The position numbers and the translations under genes were made by a program. 40,110 nucleotides of DNA from an uncultured Oligoflexus sp. (GTDB lineage: Bacteria; Bdellovibrionota_B; Oligoflexia; Oligoflexales; Oligoflexaceae), in contig CAXSGP010000039.1 in NCBI GenBank assembly GCA_964236955.1, positions 1 through 40,110 on the forward strand, written 5' to 3'. This document shows, piece after piece, positions 35,440-40,110 of this stretch (positions are counted from its first letter, which is position 1; each line of letters starts with the position of its first letter). The notes beneath the pieces are model-generated. The model was not told the origin of the DNA, searched no databases, and worked only from the letters and a program-made list of their open reading frames with translations.

Positions 35440-35663
35440 AAAAAGGGTTCCCCTTCAGCACCATGGAAAGTCAGAGGCTAGCATCGAAGGTTAGCTGACA
35501 AAACACATAATTTAGCTTGACTGCGGAATGAATACGGAGAGGCCAATTGGAAAATGATAAGGCCGTGGTGGCCCGGCTTGCGCTTAAGACGGGATCGACG
35601 CCGTCGCGCGCTCACCAATGGCGCCCATTCGCGGATAAAAGGGGCGAGCTCATGGCTCGCGTC

Positions 35664-36848
35664 TCAACCTTCGGTGATCTGAAGGCAATCCCTGGCGGTT
35701 TTGGCCTTGACCAACGCCTCATCCAGACTCTCCCCCGTCGCCAGACATACAGCCATTCGGCGCCCTTTGGTGGCGTTGGGTTTGCCAAAGATGCGGAGGT
35801 CGACGCCTTTGACGCTTAAGGCCTTTTCCAGCCCATGAAATACAGGATTTTCAAAGGTCTGGGTGGCCTTTACCGCGGCGCTGGCGCCAAGACTGTGACG
35901 ATGAATATGGGCGACGGGTAAACCAAGGATCGCGCGTGCATGGAGAGAAAATTCGCTCCAGGTTTGCGTGAAAAGAGTCACCAGTCCCGTATCGTGAGGC
36001 CTTGGGCTTACTTCGCTGAATAAAACCCGGCCATCCTTTAATAGAAAGAGTTCCACACCAAACAGTCCCCGGCCGCCGAGGCGATCACAGATGGTTTTGG
36101 CGATATGCTTCGATTCGTGGAGTTGAGCCTCGGTCATGGGATGCGGCTGCCAGCTTTCAACATAATCCCCTTCTTCCTGCTTATGGCCGATAGGATCACA
36201 GAACTGAGTTTCGTTCTGGCTTCGTATCGTAAGAAGGGTGATTTCGCTGTCAAAGGCTATAAATTCCTCAGCGATGACCCGGCCTGCTCCGCTGCGACCG
36301 GCCTCCTGGGAAAGCTTCCACGAGGCCTGAAGATCAGCCTGGGTTTTGGCGACCGATTGACCCTTGCCGCTGGAGCTCATCAAGGGCTTGATAACGAGGG
36401 GATAGCCAAGGACCTGGCCGGCCTTTTCGAGTTCGGCAAAATTATCGGCGAATGCATAGCGGGCCGTCGGCAGTTTCAATGACTCGGAGGCCAGGCGCCT
36501 GATGCCCTCACGATCCATGGTCAAGCGGGTGGCTTCTGCCGTTGGAATCACGGTGAAACCAGCCTTTTCCAATTCAAGCAGTTTGCTCGTCGCGATGGCT
36601 TCCACCTCAGGCACGATCAGCTGGGGTTTTTCCTTTTTGATGATGGCTTCCAAAGCTTTCGGGTCGAGCATATCAAAAACATGGAAGCGATGGGCTACCT
36701 GCATCGCCGGCGCATCAGCATAGCGATCGCACGCGATGACTTCGGCACCGAGACGCATGAGTTCCATGGCAAGTTCCTTGCCGAGCTCACCGCTACCAAG
36801 CAAAAGGACTCGCGTGGCTTTATTCTTAAGAGGCGTACCGATTGACAT
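35664..36848 (-). CDS. purT: Formate-dependent phosphoribosylglycinamide formyltransferase
   Basis: LLGSGELGKE, DREGIRRLA, MSSSGKGQS and SEVSPRPHDTG. Start placed at ATG 36848 after GGAGG. Confidence 0.96.
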   Translation of the reverse strand: MSIGTPLKNKATRVLLLGSGELGKELAMELMRLGAEVIACDRYADAPAMQVAHRFHVFDMLDPKALEAIIKKEKPQLIVPEVEAIATSKLLELEKAGFTVIPTAEATRLTMDREGIRRLASESLKLPTARYAFADNFAELEKAGQVLGYPLVIKPLMSSSGKGQSVAKTQADLQASWKLSQEAGRSGAGRVIAEEFIAFDSEITLLTIRSQNETQFCDPIGHKQEEGDYVESWQPHPMTEAQLHESKHIAKTICDRLGGRGLFGVELFLLKDGRVLFSEVSPRPHDTGLVTLFTQTWSEFSLHARAILGLPVAHIHRHSLGASAAVKATQTFENPVFHGLEKALSVKGVDLRIFGKPNATKGRRMAVCLATGESLDEALVKAKTARDCLQITEG

Positions 36849-37022
36849 TTGACCTCCAGAGATTGGGGAATGCACAGTGGGTATCACAGTTAGCCGGGAG
36901 AAAAAACCAATCTATGGCCTGTCCATGTGACGCAAATTGGCCTGCGAATGGAAAAGGTGTTGAGGCGGATGCTATCGCCCGGACCCAGTCTATGGTAACG
37001 AGCGGGAAGGGAGGTATTTGCA

Positions 37023-37628
37023 ATGAGTGAGGTTCTTGTTAAAGGCATTTTGGATTTTTGGTTTGGTCCGCTGGACAGTCAGGGTCTGGCGCAAAAATCC
37101 AAGGTAAAACAATGGTTTGCAAAAGATGATGCGTTCGATAACACGATTCGAAGCCAGTTTGGCAACCTAATGGAACTGGCGCCAATGGGGGCCTATGACC
37201 TCTGGAGTAAAAATCCAGAAGGACGGGTGGCCCTTATTGTTCTTTTGGATCAGTTTCCCCGCAATCTTTTTCGCAGCCAGGCACGGGCCTTTTATTGCGA
37301 CGAAAAAGCTCAGGTGCTCTGCCTGCAAGCGGTCGCTGCCCACGAACATTTAACTCTGCCTTTAAGTTATGCCTATTTTGTGCTCATGCCGTTGATGCAT
37401 GCGGAGAAGCTGGAGCTTCAGGATTTGGGCGTAAAGTTATGGGGTGAACTGGCGGAACGGGAAAAGGGAGACGGTAAAGATCTGATGCTGGGAGCTGTCT
37501 CCTATATGATAAAACATCGCGACATCATCGCGCAATTTGGTCGCTTTCCGCATCGCAATGCAGCTCTTGGACGGAGCAGCACAGCAGCTGAACTTGAGTT
37601 CCTGGCAAATGGCGGTCCCACATTTTAA
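37023..37628 (+). CDS. DUF924 family protein
   Basis: ILDFWF, LDQFPRNLFR, MPLMHAE and FGRFPHRNAALGR. Confidence 0.9.
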   Translation: MSEVLVKGILDFWFGPLDSQGLAQKSKVKQWFAKDDAFDNTIRSQFGNLMELAPMGAYDLWSKNPEGRVALIVLLDQFPRNLFRSQARAFYCDEKAQVLCLQAVAAHEHLTLPLSYAYFVLMPLMHAEKLELQDLGVKLWGELAEREKGDGKDLMLGAVSYMIKHRDIIAQFGRFPHRNAALGRSSTAAELEFLANGGPTF

Positions 37629-37633
37629 GCTTT

Positions 37634-37670
37634 AAAAAAAGCCATCTCCTCTATGGGAAATGGCTTTTTT
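37634..37670. terminator. Bidirectional intrinsic terminator
   Basis: AAAAAAAGCCAT...ATGGCTTTTTT between convergent genes. Confidence 0.75.
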
Positions 37671-37693
37671 GTTGATTCCAATATCAAAGGCTC

Positions 37694-38383
37694 TTAAAGT
37701 CCTGTGGGAAGCGAGGGATCACGAAGGTTGTCGCGATCACGGAGACCATTTGGATTGGTCCTTTCATAAGAGGCATTGTGGGTTGATGTCATGGTGTCTG
37801 CTGCATATACGCTACCATCGTGCTGCTTATGACGATCATTGACATCGGTTCCATCGATGATGTTGCTGCCGGATTCTGTTGTGGAGGCGATATCGTTTCC
37901 ACCTTCAGCTTTAAGAATTTCTTTGGCACGACTTATCAAATCGCTGGTATCACAGTGCACGGATAGAAGGATACCGCCGTCTTTGACCATCCCTTCATAG
38001 CGTTTGGCTTCAAACTCAGGAATACCCATACCAATCAAAGCACCCGCGACTCCGCCGACAGCTCCACCGATTCCAGCACCTGCGAGCGCAGCCATGATAG
38101 GACCTGCGGCTACGAACGGCCCAATACCTGGGATCGCAAGACTGCCGATACCAACCAACCAGCCCAAGGCCCCGCCAATGACAGCTCCCGACGAAGCACC
38201 AGTCGTGGCACCCTCTGGAGCTTTGGTGTTCTTTTCATGGGCGAACTCACGGGAACCGTCTTTATCAGGGAAAAGGACAGAGATATCTGAATTTACGAAG
38301 CCTGCCGTTTTTAGGGCATCAACAGCACGTTCGACGGTATAACGGTCTTTAAAAATTGCAAATACTGCGGTGTTCTTAGCCAT
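37694..38383 (-). CDS. General-stress-type membrane protein with a Gly-zipper
   Basis: AVDALKTAGF..SDISVL, HEKNTKAPEGA, GSLAIPGIGPFVAAGP and GIPEFEAKRYE. Confidence 0.8.
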   Translation of the reverse strand: MAKNTAVFAIFKDRYTVERAVDALKTAGFVNSDISVLFPDKDGSREFAHEKNTKAPEGATTGASSGAVIGGALGWLVGIGSLAIPGIGPFVAAGPIMAALAGAGIGGAVGGVAGALIGMGIPEFEAKRYEGMVKDGGILLSVHCDTSDLISRAKEILKAEGGNDIASTTESGSNIIDGTDVNDRHKQHDGSVYAADTMTSTHNASYERTNPNGLRDRDNLRDPSLPTGL

Positions 38384-38801
38384 CTGAGGAACCTTTCTAT
38401 GTTGGTAGAGAAGCGAGCCCTTGCCCGTCTTCTTATATGCTATCTCTAAGTTTTCGAAAAAGAACAGATCGCAATCAAGCTATTGACGCCTGGCAATAAA
38501 ATCGTAGACACAAATCGGAGGCTTTACGTACCAGTCCCTCCCATTCGTCTGCTTCTGTCTAAGAACTCTTCGACACTGATCTGGACTGTGTCCCTACCGG
38601 CCTAAAATTTTCCTGCTCCAGAATACAGTTCTGATCGTCGAAGTTCCGTACCTAATAAAGTCACTGATGCTGGGCATCTCATCTTTACGGGTATGGTGCC
38701 CCAATTTCCCTGGCTCATTAGTCCGATGAGGACCGAGAGCCATTTCACCAAGATCATGCCCCAGTCTCATCGTCCAAGAGCCAGACTCTTGAAAGAACTA
38801 A

Positions 38802-38818
38802 TGCAGGACTCGTGCCTA
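38802..38818 (-). promoter_or_regulatory. Putative sigma54 -24/-12 promoter
   Basis: Minus strand TAGGCACGAGTCCTGCA gives GG-N10-GC. Confidence 0.5.
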
Positions 38819-39069
38819 ATTTATGTTTCGGCGTGAAAATAAGCCTATAGGCTAAGCAAGCAGAGAGTTTTATGAGCCCAATCACTAAATTGATACAACT
38901 GTGAATGAAATTTGTGATACTTAGAAAATGGCAAGTTAGGGCGTCAATAACGCCGAAATAAGGGCAATAAGCAACCGCTGAAAGGCGGCTTTCAGACTAG
39001 GGAAACGACTCAGTTGATGGACAGGAACACCATCCCTTAATTTGCCAAAAGGCGACGGCAGGCATCACC

Positions 39070-39987
39070 TTAAGGCGCAAGTTTAAGACGCGCAATCCGA
39101 GAGTCGAGATCCGGGTGGGTTGAGAAGAATCGACCGAACCCCTGGCCCTTGCGGCTTTCAATTTTAAAAGCAGCGACCGACTGTTCGCCCTGGTGCGGAG
39201 TGGCTGCCACAGCCCTATTTCGTTTGAGTGCCACCAGCGCCCCTATCATATTGTCCCGGCCTCCCAGTCGTGCACCACCTGCATCAGCCCGGTATTCACG
39301 CCGGCGCGAGTAGCTTGCAACGATCATCGATCCAAAGATCATAAAGATGATTTCAAGGACGAAACTTATGGCATAGAAAGCAATACCACCCATCGACGAG
39401 CCTTCTTTTTCATCACTGCGCATAAACTGAGTGATCGCATAAGCGATAACACGGGCGAGGAACATGACAAAGGCATTCACCACCCCTTGAAGAAGGGTCA
39501 TGGTTACCATATCGCCATTGGCGATGTGAGCGACTTCGTGGGCTAAGACGCCACGCAGTTCTTTTCTATCCATAGAGCGAAGCAGGCCGCTGGAAACGGC
39601 TACCAGCGAGCGATTTTTCGTGGGACCGGTGGCGAAGGCATTAAGATCCTCGGATTCATAAACGCCGACCTCGGGCATGACTTTAATGCCAGCCTGTTGG
39701 GCCAGTTCATAGACGGTTTGCCTGAACTCAAGCAGTCGAGCATCATAAGTATTATCGGCAACCAATTTAACGCCCATCGTCCATTTCACCATAATCCGCG
39801 ACAGTGCGAGCGAGAGGAAGGCGCCACCCATACCCCAGACCAGGCAGTAGACAGCTAGACTTTGTAAGTCGAGACCGTTAGCGTAGAGATAGCGATCGGC
39901 ACCTAAGAGGGATAGAATCGTCGACAGGCTTATAACGATCACTAAGTTGAGTGCTAAGAAGAGACCTATCCGTTTGAGACTTTGCAT
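39070..39987 (-). CDS. htpX: Membrane zinc protease HtpX
   Basis: NAFATG, HEVAH, NGDMVTMTLLQG, SRRREYRAD and FSTHP. Start placed at ATG 39987. Confidence 0.95.
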   Translation of the reverse strand: MQSLKRIGLFLALNLVIVISLSTILSLLGADRYLYANGLDLQSLAVYCLVWGMGGAFLSLALSRIMVKWTMGVKLVADNTYDARLLEFRQTVYELAQQAGIKVMPEVGVYESEDLNAFATGPTKNRSLVAVSSGLLRSMDRKELRGVLAHEVAHIANGDMVTMTLLQGVVNAFVMFLARVIAYAITQFMRSDEKEGSSMGGIAFYAISFVLEIIFMIFGSMIVASYSRRREYRADAGGARLGGRDNMIGALVALKRNRAVAATPHQGEQSVAAFKIESRKGQGFGRFFSTHPDLDSRIARLKLAP

Positions 39988-40110
39988 AGGACTTACTCCC
40001 AAAGATTTTTTTCACGTCGAAGTTGGTCAGTCTAACGTTTTACGGCACGACCTGGTTATAGCTAAAATCGATAATAAATATCTTTTGCATCGTTTTAGTA
40101 GATAAACTTA

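Noticed and set aside
36849..37022. ZTP or purine riboswitch upstream of purT
   Set aside because: No recognisable consensus in this short divergent intergenic region.

Overview
Bacterial chromosomal window; the gene content (PilZ, STAS-like/Zn-ribbon, AgmX/PglI-like, DUF4360, sigma54 sites) is suggestive of an Oligoflexus/Bdellovibrionota-like organism, which is an inference. Positions 1-~8050 are an accessory island lying downstream of a tRNA-Leu(CAA) gene. The island holds an IS3-family element whose transposase ATG is split by an antisense group II intron (56-1950), two GNATs, an lgt copy with an in-frame stop, a truncated tyrosine integrase, and a two-gene CBASS (patatin effector plus CD-NTase with an AGS-C domain). 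The tRNA-Leu(CAA) (8087-8438, minus) is interrupted by a 271-nt group I intron at the unusual position 32/33. That intron has essentially no P9 domain but carries an extra GNRA hairpin in L1, and a decayed intron-less copy of the tRNA 5' half lies ~200 bp upstream. The rest is mostly core genes: metH (with a possible divergent SAM riboswitch), tgt, a frameshifted U32 protein, SPFH, tatB, tal, a TPP-riboswitch thiCOSG-thiD/E operon, acs, purT and htpX. It also contains a lipoprotein that appears to carry fungal-type (BAS2-like) Cys-rich domains.
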